This document shows, one piece after another, positions 42,265-57,104 of a stretch of DNA of 64,000 bases. The first letter of the stretch is position 1. The number at the start of each line of letters is the position of its first letter. The notes under the pieces are model-generated. The model did no database searches. It saw only the letters and a program-made list of their open reading frames with translations, and had not been told where the DNA came from. This DNA comes from the human T2T-CHM13v2.0 reference genome, Homo sapiens. The DNA lies in the NCBI RefSeq assembly GCF_009914755.1, contig NC_060930.1; one strand, 5' to 3'. The position numbers were made by a program, and so were the translations under genes.

Positions 42265-42500
42265 GTAGCACAGTGGTTATGAGGATATACCCTAGAGCCA
42301 GACTTCCTGGGTTCTGATCCTCACTCTGCCACTTACTGGCTGTATGACTTTGAGCAAGGCATTTAACTTCTCCCTTCCTCAATTCTCTCACTTGTAAAAT
42401 AGGACTAGTGATAGTAATTATCTTACAGAGTTGTTCTAAAGAGCAAATAATTAAATAAGTGTAAAGCACTTAGAATAATGCCTGACACATAGTGAGTGTT
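42265..42500 (+). mobile_element. MIR, near full length
   Basis: tctgccacttactggctgtatgactttgagcaag...tgtaaaatagg...gtaaagcacttagaataatgcctgacacatagt. Confidence 0.85.
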
Positions 42501-43061
42501 TGTTAGCACGAAGTGGAGAATGAGGTCCATTATGTTTCTCCTTCTGCTTCATGCTTGTTCTATTCCTCCAGGATTCTACCAAAAATTTAAAAAATGATTC
42601 GTTTCTGATGACCACATCTTACTCTTTGGAGCAGACCAAATGAGTTACAAATTCAGAAACACTCACAGGAGAAAATTTTCCTGCCGTTATATTTTACCCC
42701 TATTCAATCCTTCTTACTTAGACAACACAATGAATATGAGTAGCCCCAAATGAGAAAGGAAGTCACCCCCAGACTTAGAAAGTTAGGAAAATTTACATTA
42801 AGAATAGGTCATCCTCTGAGTAAAGTTGAATGAATCAACCTTGAAATACCTCTTACAAATGGCCACGTGGAAATGAGAAAGACCTACTGGAAATTCCAAT
42901 AGTCCTCTGAACTTAGAGGAAGTGTTGTGTGGGGAGGGAAACAGAAGAAGAGCAGAGAAAGAGATACAGGGAGAAGAAAAGAGGGAGGCAAAGAAAAAGG
43001 GGAGGAGAAATAGAACACAACCTTCCAGTTTGGGAGGCCGTACATGTTGGTCAGAAGATCA

Positions 43062-43379
<318 letters not shown>

Positions 43380-45358
43380 CAGAATCGTAGCTTTCTGAAG
43401 ACCAGTGGAGCATCTTCTCTTGTCTGAATAATGGACACAAGCGTTCTGTGAATGGATTTGGAGACCTGCTGGTTCCAAAACCCAAGTCTGCTGCTTGTGA
43501 GCTGAATCATCTCTCTGAACCTCTGAAACTTGTAACGTGTGGATAACACTTTCTGCCTAATTTTCATTGCTACTTTGAAAACCAAATGTGAAAATGCTTT
43601 GCCAACAGCCAAGTGCCATACAAAGGCAAGAAACAGATGTGGTCTGGGTGAATGGGACAGCTTTAGATGTCTAGCTGTGGCAAAACTAAGGCACTAAAAT
43701 AAAAATGTGAAACATAGACTGATTTCCCCTAAAGTGTTGCCTTTGCCATGGCCAAAAACTCAATACAGCCTAATAGCCCAGAAACACTGACTCCAGCATT
43801 TAACAATTTTTACATTTAAGCCATTTCCATGCTTCCACTGTCAACTCTCATCATTATATGAAATGTGGTCTCAGGATATTATGTTCCATTAGTAAGAGAA
43901 AAAGTGCTTGAATTTTACAAGTGTTTTTGAGTCACAGACATTTTTAACTTCTTAGTGTGGTCTTGACCTCACTTCATCTTTTTACTTGATAACAGTCATC
44001 AAAAAGGCACTTGGCATGAAGCAACTGTAGAAGCAACTGTACTTCCTACTAGGACCATGTGATTTGCCACGTAGGCTGCTAGTCCAACTTAGCCCAAGGC
44101 AGACACTCAGCCAAGTAACCAGGGAGCATCCTTCTTTTTCAATCACCTCTCCCTTTTTCTTCACCCTCTCCCTGTTTCCCCAACTGAATGCCCTAATTAT
44201 TTGTTTTGACATTACAAAAACACAACCCAAGGTTCAAGGCAAACCTTCCTTTCTGAAGTGGGGAGACTTAAAGATCCCCTGTGGATCTGCGGAAGTCTAG
44301 GGCTGTTCACTCCCTCCCACTCAAACCATAGAATGACACAGTTCGCACAGCTGTGAAGCCAGCTGCCCTGCATTTCTTCCAGACCTCGCGCCACGCTGCC
44401 TTCCAGCAACATCCTTGCTCTAGCTGCTCATGACCCTGGCTGTAATCAGCGAAGAAGCAACTCTTTCAATAACAAAAGTGATTTCTCCCAACAGTTTTGG
44501 TGCGGGACCTATAAATGCCTTCCGGGTGTAAGGAGACTTAGTTCTAGAAACAGTTTCTCCAGGTTAAAGTTATTCAATTGGAATAGAAAAGGCAGAAGCA
44601 AATTTATGACTGACTGGGTTTTTACGTATTTATTTATGTATTTATTTATTTGGTCTTTGAGTTTTACAGTTTAGAATACCCTCCTAAACTATGAATTTTA
44701 TTAATTAAAAAAAGCAACATGTTTCAGCCAATTGTCTGGGGCTGGAGCTGTGACGGATAATGCAGACCACACCAAATTTTGGTTAGTCACTGCTTCTCTG
44801 TTATCCGTGATTTGTGATTCCACATGATTTTCATGGCTGTATTTTACTGCATTTGACATAAATAACGCTTGTTTAATAGGCTTTGAGCAAGTTAGATGCT
44901 TGATACATTATTACAATTGTGAAAAATTTCACAATAGCTAAATCTTTTTTCAAGCTGTAAAATGCCTGAGGTAGTTTTCTTTTAACCTATCACGTAAGAA
45001 GTTCATTTGAAATATGAAGGAATAAATCATTAGTGTGGTTTCTGAAATCTTAGCCAAAGATGGTCCCTACACCCCAAATACCACTCTACCCTCACCTCAG
45101 AACTCCTCCCTGTGCCATGAAGCAACCAGGCAGCCTTGACAACAATTACTGTAAATGACACTTGGTTTGCTGTCTAGTGGATTAGAAAATTCTTGTTTTT
45201 AAAAGTTGATATATATGTTTGCATCTATATAGGTCAGGTCCTTTCAGGTATCTTAAGAACATTTAAATTTCTAGGAATAAAAGATTTGCCCTTGTTTCTC
45301 TTGACTGCCAAAATCTGAGTCAAACCACGTCACGACTTGTTTCATAGAACAGCAGTCA

Positions 45359-45773
<415 letters not shown>

Positions 45774-47339
45774 TCAAATCAGCCTTAAACTCACTTCATT
45801 GGCCTCTGGGTTACGGCTCATATAATATGATCTGTATGAACAATTTCTGTTGTAAAGCTACCTCATAAAGAAATATATCATCTATGGAGTCCTTTCATAA
45901 ACCCAATTATACGAACAATTCAGCAGAGTTATAGCTACTGGGATCTGTGTTCTGTCTCCTCCATGGTTCTGCTTATCAAAGACAGTGAAGTGAAAATATT
46001 GAGGTGGGAAAGAAACAATGACTGAATTTAGCCAACACAGACAAGGCTGGCATAATTACTCAATCAGGCATAACTTTAGTTCTCTCCTATTGCTGTGTTG
46101 CCAGATTCATTTATTATAGATGTTTCATCCTAAGTAAAAGCTGTAAACAGCCCCTTTATACACAAATATGAATGTAATGTCAATATCTCACCAATTTATT
46201 TGCACAAAATTATGCATGATTCATTAAAAAATCAACTGGTTATTTAGTTTAAATTTAACCGTCACAGTACTTTGTTAACTAAGACCTTTGGTGGCAAGGG
46301 GCAGAAGGAAAATAAGAATAGTGATTAATAAAACATATTATTAATTAATAATTAATAAAAATATATTGTTTGGAAAAAAAGCCCAACTGAGAAATATGTG
46401 ATTTCTTTTAACCTTATACCAAAGCTCAAAGCAGAAGGTATTCATACCAAATTTGTTGTTCCACACAGAGTTGAAATGGTAACACTAATTTGGAGAAGAA
46501 ATCACATGTTATAATAAAAAGGCACAGAAGGGGACCAAGTAGAGAAGTAGATGTTAATGTACAAATGAAAACTTTTCTGCTGCCAAGACTCATCATTCAG
46601 AACTAGAAGGAAATGAGAATCTTGCTATGAATACTAGTGCATTGATTCAAGTTTTTAATGCATTTGCTGCACACAAAGTATTGTGGAGCAAATGTGTATT
46701 AAAGCTACTATTACTGTGTATTAAGGCTAGTGCAATTTTCTTTCTAGTTGCTGGTTGCCACAGGTCTTTATTCTCTGTCAACCTCTGAAAAGCTCAAATA
46801 GAACCCAATAGTCACAATGAATCTTGAGCACAGTCTAGTATCTTTTCAAAATTATAGCTAGTTTCATTTATCTTGTGGTTTTTCTTGGTGACTTAAGAGA
46901 AAATAATGATGTTATTTATGTGGGTTCATAAAAACATTATTATTTTTTCCCTGAAGTCCTTCATTTCTGTAAACCTCTTGCTGAGGTTCAATTATTTTTC
47001 TCCCCTGAGTGGGAGAACACGGTTTCAAGGCTTAGGTTCTCATAACTTCTTTCATTACTTTCCTGGCCCTGCCTAGGATATGGATAAAATTCCTTATGGT
47101 GGTGAAGATTTAGAGGCTGTACAGTCAGGAGCAGATGAAAATAGTGGTGTTCAAAGTAAAAGGTAGAGCTCTAGCCTTCCTTGGGAAGTGGGGCTCCCAC
47201 CGATTTGCAATCTATCATCATGCATAGAAGGAGAAAATGTCTAGAGGTCATGGATACATATGGGAGCTGCTCTGGTCAGGTAAAGATGAAATGATGGTCT
47301 GAGTGCTCTTGGTGGTGCTGGGAAGCATTGCAGTAGCAG

Positions 47340-47530
47340 AAGAAGAAAAGTGTGGATTGGAGGCACAGACGTGGGTTTGAATTCTGACACTGTTGGGCAA
47401 TTGTAGACCAAGTTTATTATCTTTCTGAATGGTAGCTGGCTTATTTATGCAATGGAAATACTCATATTTCAGAGTTATTAGAATTTGGTTAAAGGGGGAT
47501 AGGAAGTGAAGTACCTGGCATAGTCAATGC
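47340..47530 (+). mobile_element. MIR
   Basis: gacgtgggtttgaattctgac...tgcaatggaaata...gtacctggcatagt. Confidence 0.5.
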
Positions 47531-47774
47531 TTTATAAGCACCTTTCAAACAACTCAGGCAAGAAGAAGGCTCAGTTTTGTTTATCAACATAAAACCTTGA
47601 TGTGGTATCACCATGTTAAGGAAAGATGACTTGCTATCTTTTATTTTGACTTATTGCATGAAATATTAATCTAACAAACATTCATCAGAAGCTTGCTATG
47701 TACGCAATACAAGTTAACAATTTCATCAACAACTAAATCTATCAGTAGAAATATCAACATCCATGAGAGAGATT

Positions 47775-47890
47775 TCCTTTCCGAGGCAAGGGACAACATC
47801 TGCCTAATTCACCTGTAAATCCTCAGTGGCTAGCAGAGGGCATGGCCTGTAATAGATGCTCAAAGGTTATTTGTTGAATGAAGGAATGCA
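47775..47890 (+). mobile_element. L2 3' end
   Basis: gaggcaagggac...cctcagtggctagcagagggcatggc...atgctcaa...atttgttgaatgaaggaatg. Confidence 0.7.
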
Positions 47891-48903
47891 TGAGGGTATT
47901 GACCACTTCCCCATGAGTCCATCTTTAGACCAAACTTATTGGATTTCTTTTTCATTATCTAGTAATATCTACAAACATCTTCATATATCTGGTCCTTGAT
48001 TTATTCTGGCAATTTCTGTATGCAGAAGCTCTAGAGCAAGGAGACAAACCTGTCCCCTCAGAGCTGCCTACAAGCCCGTCAGGCCTCTTAGCATTTCTGT
48101 TTCCACTCCTTCAGCCCCTGGAATAATCTAGAGACCTGATGTTCTCTATAGGGTTTGTGTTTAGGTCATATGGAAAGAAAGGGTTATTTTGATTTTTACT
48201 CATGTTATATTATGGTTGCAATATCACTTGCAATGATACATACCATTAGCTTTTCCTCATCAATATTCAACTCATGGCCTCCTCCCAAGTGACTTCCTAG
48301 ACATGAAGAAAAATTTAACATGCAATTCTTGCAAAGAACACTAGATGTTACTTCCCCTGCACTTTAAAAATAAGGATGCCTTTGATTTTGCCAGTTTTGA
48401 AAATGCAGAAGTTGAAATGAAGCAGGTACAGCCTGACCATAGTGTGTTTCTCCTCATTGACTCGGAAATTTTTTTCTTTTTGACCTGGACCCTAGGAACT
48501 ATCATCACTGTGACAAAAATCATGGGTGCCTCCCATTTTATATATTTCTGAAAACGATACCTGAACTTTTAAAAATAAACCTTACTGAAATGGAAATGAT
48601 GTGCTCCACCTCAGAGGCTGTCCTTCAACTCCATGTCCTGAGAATATAAACTTGGATTAAACGGAATTTTTCTTTCAGTCTGTTGTCATGCTCAGGTTGC
48701 CTTACAATTAATTCATAGAAGGAAAATTATTAAGATATTTAAAGAATTGAGCAGAAAGAAAGCTGAGAGATTACCTATTCCAGTGAACACATCTTGCAGG
48801 TGAGGAAATTGTGTCCTACAGAACTCTGAGGTCCATAAGAAGAGAAAAACAAAGTGAAAAGGAAAAACCCCCGGAATCTAGAAATTTCATAGTAACTTAG
48901 TTC

Positions 48904-49093
48904 CAGGGGTATGTTGGGCTGACTCTCTAGGTTCATGAGAGCTGACTGTGCATATCTCTTCCCAATTTCAAGATTAGTGACGTCATATTGGTAGCTTGAA
49001 ATCAGTCATGGAGGCAACACATACACCATGGAAGTCAGCAAAAACAACTATAAATTAGAGGGTTGGTTATTAAACATTTACCAGCACACCAGT
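48904..49093. mobile_element. MER63A-like hAT-Blackjack MITE
   Basis: caggggtatgttgg ... ttaaacatttaccagcacaccagtg termini; internal cattggtagcttgaaatc-like segment. Confidence 0.75.
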
Positions 49094-50521
49094 GCTCAGT
49101 TCACAGAGTCGAGTATGATATTTAATAGACATACTGTCAGCACTATCTAAGTACACATACAAATAGTTTAGGCATGTTTTATTTGCTGCTAAAAATATTG
49201 AAAGAAAAGTATCAGAATGGTTTTGCTCAACCAATTTAATGTGGCAACTTAATGTTCAAATGTTTATTTCAAAGGATCTAGAAGCGTGTTGATAGGTAAC
49301 TTTATTATTGCTTTACTGCTATTTTAATATGGAAAAATCACTATGGCTAAGGTGAAAGACTGTAAGCATGTCTATTGAAAATAGGCTTCCATCTTTAGAA
49401 TACATATAAATCTATATGATATAGGCATATTCAAACAATTTTTCATAGGAGATATTTTGTCCCCTCACATTGTATTTTGGTCATGTATGAAGATGAAAAT
49501 GGATTGCCTTTTGCAGTCCATTCAATAATACGTCAGGTGGGTCAGCGTCCCAACATATTACGCAGCATTTCCACATTTCCCAGCTAATGCCACTGTAATA
49601 CATTAACTCTGTTTGCAATCCAGTTTCAATCAAATAAATGGTGAGTCATTTGAAGTGCCCCCACAGAAGGCTTGCCAGCTGGCAAGGTGCATCTGGAAGC
49701 AAGAAGTCAACAACTGTTCAGAATTCCCCCAGCCTTGCTCTCCTCAGCACCATTACTTGACTAGATCAGAACTTTAAGAAAGTCATTATATGTAGGCCTT
49801 CCAAAGGAAGCCTCTATAAATCATATTTCAGTTTCTGCAAGACACATGTGTTTTTTAAGCAATGGAGAAAAAGGTTTCCTTCATTCATTTGCTTTCCAAA
49901 TAGTTGCTAACTTAGAGTAAATGCAGGTGTAGATGAAATGGGGGTTCCAGGTGAGCACCTGACTTGCTGCAAGGAGACATGAGAAATCTCCTTTACACTT
50001 TCGTTTTTTAAAAATGTGACTTGATGATGACCATAAAGGACTACCTGTTCATACACCAAGAAACCAGATTAGGGTTTTACATTTATGCACAAAGATGGTG
50101 TAGGGTAATACATGAGACTGTTTGCCCTCTTGGTGTGTTTTAAAGCTCTCCAGGACATTTTCGGGCATTCTGACATACAGAGGAAAATGATTCAGGGTGG
50201 AAGATCATTGATGAAGAAAATATCCACAGGATGGAGAATTCCAGGAAAAATGACAAGCCAAACTTAAAAGACATTGATAAATCTTGTTTAAGTTACTGTA
50301 GCATATTCTACCTGAACAAGTGAATCAAGCAGAAATTTTTAGTGGTACTTGGCTTAAATATTATTGCATAATGGGCTTGGCGTTTTTCTTTGATGTAGAA
50401 AGTGAGACCTGGCGCATTAGGATAATTAGGTTTGTCAACTGGGAATTAGAATTACCTGATTTTGACAAGTTTGATATGACTAGGTACAATAACATCTCTC
50501 TCTATGGGGACAATCTCTTAG

Positions 50522-50840
<319 letters not shown>

Positions 50841-50996
50841 CAAATCCTTTTTAAGAACAGATCCTGGAAGAAACAGTTATCACCATCAAATCCCTGTGGT
50901 GTAACAGATCCTGCGAAGAGAGACCTTTAGAATGGAGATTGGATTTTACTTTCCTTAGGGGTTTGGGTGGGTGGATTAGTATGAAGGGGCAACATT

Positions 50997-51231
50997 TTTT
51001 TTCATCTGTAGCTGGGCATTTAGGTTGACTCCATATCTCAGCTATTATGGTTGCCACTGCAGTAAACATGGGGTACAGATATTTATTTCACATATTGGTT
51101 TCATTTCTTTGGTATATACCCAGAAGGGGAATGCTGGATCCTATGGTAGTTATATTTTTAATTTTTAAAGGAACCTCCATACTGTTTTCCATAATGGCCC
51201 ATCTACAGATGAATGGATAAAGAAAATGTGC

Positions 51232-51269
<38 letters not shown>

Positions 51270-51775
51270 GGAATACTATTGAGCCATAAAACAGAATGAA
51301 ATCCTGCCATTTGCAGCAAGATGGGCAAACTCGGAGGACATTATATTAAGTGAAATAAACCAGGCACAGAAGACAAGTATCAACATGATCTCACTCATAT
51401 ATAGAGTCTTAAAAAGTTGATTTCATATTAGCAGAGAGTGGAATGGTGGTTACCAGAGGCTGAGGAGCATGGATGAGATGAGGATTGTCAATGGGGAGGA
51501 CTGGGAGAGGTTGGTCAATCGGTACAGTTACAGTTAAATAGGAGGATATACACAGTAGGGTGACTATAGCAAATAACAATGTATTGTGTATTTTAAGACA
51601 GCTGAAAGAGAAGACTTTGAATGTTGTCACCACAAAAAAATAAGTGTTTAAAGTGGTGGATACGGTAGTTGCCCTGATTTGATCATTCATGCTATGTATA
51701 CATGCATTGAAACATCACATCTCATAAATATGCACAATTATTATGTGTCAAGTATAAATTTAAATGTTAAATTAA
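50997..51775 (+). mobile_element. L1MA 3' end with 5' inversion (50997-51198 minus, 51199-51775 plus) and internal (AC)n
   Basis: Sense L1 3' end (gatgaatggataaagaaaatgtg...atggtggttaccagaggctg) preceded by the adjacent L1 segment in reverse orientation. Confidence 0.88.
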
Positions 51776-51839
51776 AACATTTTCACCTTCTTTCTCTTTT
51801 TGAAAAAGGAATGAATTCCAGTCTTGATTTGAATTGGGG

Positions 51840-52068
51840 TCTGTGGGTTTTACAGAGTCTAGCCCACTGGGTTTGAATCCCACCTACAGCCTCTCTATGT
51901 ATGGGACCTTGAGTTAATTGATGAACCCTCTGTGTCTTACTTCTTCTGGGATAAACTGGGGATAATATTGTAATAGCATCTATTTCACAGTTGTGAGGAT
52001 TATGATAAGGCAATATGAGTAAAGGTCTTAGAACGGTCGTGGGTACATAGTGAGCACTGAGGAAATGT
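51840..52068 (+). mobile_element. MIR
   Basis: ctgggtttgaatccca...gaccttgag...cacagttgtgaggatta...gtacatagtgagcact. Confidence 0.8.
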
Positions 52069-52639
52069 TCACTGGCCCAGTCAGCCCAGGATGCTAATAA
52101 GCTTTAGCGACTCAGCACCTGCTGGGAGAAGAGTCACAGACAGACTCGGGCTGAGCAGAGCCAGCTGGCTCAGCTGTGAGATCCCTCTGTGAGGCGATGT
52201 TTTTGCATTGCTTCTCCTTCTGTACAGATAGATCTGTGTACAGGCTCAGAGGAAAATCTCTTTAACCCCCCAAGTCGAGCCTTGGCTGAAGCAATTTGTC
52301 CCATGCCATAGTTCAGGCTGTGTTTGGGAAGACTCAAATCTCTTTTAGGTAACTCAACTTGGTGGGTAAATCATTTAACTCAGGAGGCACATAAAAGATG
52401 TGATATACCAGTGTTTAGTCACTTACAATTCTGTTTGGGATGCTGATGCGATTTGAAATGTCACAGGATGTGGGAAGCAGGGTATGAGTCAGTGAAGACT
52501 TCGGGTCCTCTTGCCCTTTCCTTTGGAAAGCCTCCTTGCTGTGCCCTCCCATTATGGGGACTCTTAAACTGATTTTACAATTATTCCAGAGTGGGGATAG
52601 CAAGACTAGTACTCCAGGTATTAATACATCTGTTTTTAC

Positions 52640-53900
52640 AACAGTCATCTATTTAGCATCTCCTATGCCCAGACCCTGTGTAGACACTATGGGCACAAAG
52701 ATAGGTAAGCATGCCCCTCGTTTTTGGGAACATGAGTCTGGCTGGGTAGAGGGATTGTAAACAGATGGTGACATAGTTGAGATACAGACAAAGCATCACT
52801 GGGCACAGGAAATGAAGAGGCTGGCCCAGTCTGGGAGAGTGAGGGATCTTTAGACAGGAAGGCACTGAGGTTGGTCCTCAAAGGATGAGTAGGATATTTC
52901 CCAGGGATGAAGCCATGTGTGGAGGGACATGGAGGAGGAGCTTCAAGAGTTGAGGGGCATTCTAATCAGAGAAGACAGTCTGCACAAAACTCATTCGGCA
53001 TTTAAGTCCCCCTGGTTCACAAGATTGTATATGTATTCCTTCAAAAACGTTTACAGATGATCTGCAGTGCACCGAACTGGCCGTGGCAAGACAAAGACAT
53101 CTCTGCCATTGAGGAGCACCCATGAGAGGAAAGACAGGTGTGGAAGGTGAATGTGATGTAGCATAAGAGCTTGAGCAGCTTCTGTGCTGGGGGGTTAGAG
53201 GGAGCGATAGAAAACGGGGAGCCTGCGATAGAAATGCAGAGCCTGGGGACCCAGTGTGGCTTCTTGGTGAAGGCTGTGCTTCAGCAGGGCTTCAGGAAAG
53301 AGCAGTTTCTCCCGGAAAGGCAGAGGAGAGAGTGTGTGTAAAGGCATGAGTGCAAATCGCATGCACACATTGCAAAGAACAAGAAAGCTGGTAGGACTGG
53401 AACCTGTCGTGGGACCAAGGACATGCAAAGGATGAGACTGGAGAGGGAGCTGGACAAGGCAGGGCCCCAGAGGCTTTTGCTCCAAAAAGCTCATGATAAC
53501 AACATGAGAAAGATGGATCAGAGCAGCCCGAAACTAGAGGCAGGGAGGTACTGGGTTGATCTTAAATATTTGGCAAGACATGATAAAGGCTTGAGTTAGA
53601 GCAGTAATAGGAATGGAAAATTAATTTAGGATTAAGACATTTTTAAGAGGTGAGATACTCAGGACCTAGTAAACAATGACCATGAAGGATTAAGGAGAGG
53701 GGTAGATGACCTCTAAGTTTCCACCTTAGGTAGACTAGTGGTTCTACTTACCAGTTCAGAAATCAGAGAAGGGGGCAGATGCTCACAGGACTGGTTAATG
53801 AGCTCACACTTACACAGGGGAGTCTTGGGGTGACATCGTTGTGAAGGATTCAAGCAGGCAGTGAATACATGGATTGGGAACTCAGGAGAAATATTCATCC
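52640..53900 (-). mobile_element. L2 fragments
   Basis: tatttagcatctcctatgcccagaccctgtgtagacact; aaggatgagtagga; ggtagatgacctctaagtttcca. Confidence 0.65.
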
Positions 53901-56784
53901 TCACTAAAATCATAAGCAGGTAAGATCTGGGTCAAAGATTCTTGCCCAGTGGATTGAATTGTGTTAAAGTGTGCATCCCTTCAAAGTCTGGATCCGGGAT
54001 GCTCCAGTAGGACCAGCTCAAGTTCCCACACCAGGGTCTGCCATATACAGTCAGGCTATTGCTTTACCCGACTGTAACTTAAAAATACCACCCTTTCCTA
54101 TATTTGCCATGACATGGCAAAAAGTTAAGGAAGCTCTATGCTAGGGAAACCATGGAGAGAGATGGAAGGGAATTGGGATCAGACTCCCATGGAACATCAA
54201 TTTTAAAGGACTGCAGAAAAATAGGAGCCACTACAACTCTGGGGAGGGATAGAAGTTGGACAAGGGCAAGACTGGGGGAAGGGGTGTTCTGGGGAAATGG
54301 AAGAAACAGCAGGTTCAAATGCAGCAGAGAGACCAGGGAGACCATGTTCTTGTCCCTTGGCAGAGAGAAAATGGCCAGTGACTCCATCAGATGTTCTTTC
54401 AGCCAAGCCGTAGACGCCTAGTTTCAGTGGGTAGAAGAATCAAGAGAGGCGAGAAAGTAGAGGCACTAAAAGTTGATTTCCCATTCCAGGACATTGGCTG
54501 TGAGTGAAAGGTGAGAACAAGTGCCCTAGTTAGAGGGAGACAGATGTCAAGAGAGGTTTGATATTGTTTTTCTGTTTTCACAGAGGTGTGGCTAATCTGA
54601 TTTCCCCACTTAGGTTACATGCTTTCCAAATGAGATCCTGTTTTCTAAGGTTCTGGGCATATTCAGATGCTAATTCAGGATATGCAGGTTCACATATTGA
54701 TTTTTGTCACAGAATTATTCAAACAGCATTAATTATGTGTGCACCAATTCCAAATGTAATTTCTTGATATGTTTATACATATGTTACATATACATGTTTC
54801 ATAAGGGGAGAGAACAGATTTGATGATTTTAGATAGCAATAAGGAATCTATTAAAAATATTGAGATTCAATGGACAATTATCCTCTTTCTGTGGAGATTT
54901 TCTTTTGCCTAGATTTATTTTAAAGATATTTTGTGCCTACTTTACTCTGCACAATGGCCTTTCTCCTGCATTCATCTGTTAAGTAACATTTTCTCTCCCA
55001 TAGTACTCAGACCATATGGTCCCCTTCTGCAGTGTTTTTGACTTTTTTTGTGAGATAAATGGTACTTGGGCGTGGATCTCATCATTCTCAAATACTCAGC
55101 AAATATACTAATTGAGCTTAAGTGTAAGATCCGCACTTCCGACAACTTATTGATCAAAAATACCACCCTTACCATTGCACTTAAATGGAAAGGTCTATGT
55201 TAATTTATATTGCATAAAGCATGCCAAATAAAACATGATAGTCCGTGTTTAAAGTTTCTGTTTGCACTAGGATGTGTCGTTGAATCGCAGACAAGTGTTA
55301 GAAGTGATTACAGATCATAACAAATGGACTCTATTTTCAACTCCCATTTTTAATTTAAACTTCTAGCAAATCCAGAAGGATTTCCAGACATTTATATGAA
55401 GATACAATATGGATGTGATAATAACAAGACCTTTAAATAAGAAAATATGCCCTTTAAAATAATGAAAGGAATAAAATAATTCTGGTGAATGGATTGAGCA
55501 CACAGCAGAAGTATCTCTTTTGTAGAAGTGGCAGCCAGTCATTGGTGTTCAATGATTTCTGTTCACATTTTTCTGAAATAAAGTTTTGCACAGGGTTTTT
55601 TAAAAAAATGTTTGTATCTCCAGATAAAAAGACTGGTAATTTCAGCTCAATTTTATTTGATGCCAGGATTTCTTAATGGACACGCAATAACTGAAGTTTC
55701 ACATTTGGGAGTTGCCCCTTGTGTGAACCAAGGGATGTTCACACCCTGCGTCAACTCAATATTTTAACAATAGTGTGACAAATGGTATATTTCCCCAATT
55801 AACTTCCAGTTACTGTAACTTATACCATCTAGCCTCACCTGATTCACTAGTGTATTTTTCAGAGTTTAAACAATGTATCGCTTCCCTGAAGGTATAAGAA
55901 ATGCAATTTTGCTTATTCTGTTACTTAGTTTTAAGTCATACTTGAAAAACACACTTTAAACTATCCCCAATAATCATATGTAATAGAACCAGAAGGCTGT
56001 CAGTTAATCTCATGGCCCAATTCTAATATAAAACCTAAGATTTCAAAGATCTCATAATATCTGAGCTGTGAATATTTGCTTCAGGCATCAACTTGGCATT
56101 TAAAAAAAAATTTAAAACCACATGGATGTTTCACTTTGCCAGAATATCTACTTCTCATATTATGCTTAAAAATACCAAACTTTGACAAAAATACCTAATA
56201 TTTTTCCCATTCTACAAGTCAGAAATCACTTCTTGTTTGGTGAGCTCATCTTTTCTTTTTTTCATTTCTAGGGTAGAACATAGTTGTCACTCACTTTGGA
56301 TTGATTGGTTCATCAATTTGGTAATTAAGATTACTGCCCAGAAAGTATATTCTAAACTCCAACAACAGTTTCCTCTTAGGATTTGAGCTTAAGGGTTTCA
56401 CTCTGGGAATCTAAAGAGTACATCTGGAAGGAAAAAGAACGAGAGAGTAAGATGGGTACAAATAAAGGTGTTCAACTGGAAGGTCACAGAGTTAATAAAA
56501 TTTAAAATATTGGTAGTAGTGTTTTGTTCAGATATGATGGATACATAGTTTGTATTGGAAATATTCTTTATTTTAGCCTTTCATATGTTTTTGGTATTAG
56601 TAGCTATCTTTGTGTATAATATTCATGATTAATGTTTGCTTAACACTCTACAATTTGTAAAGTGCTCTCAGATCTTGTCTTCTCAACAGCACGGTAAACT
56701 CCTTGAAACCTAGAGGCGTGTATTTCATTTCCCCAATACTTCAAAGGAAATATGTTCAAATCAATAATTTGAACATATTTGGCC

Positions 56785-57104
<320 letters not shown>

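Noticed and set aside
44018-44041. (gaagcaactgta)x2 and similar short duplications near 46325 and 46693
   Set aside because: Ordinary slippage duplications with no further structure.
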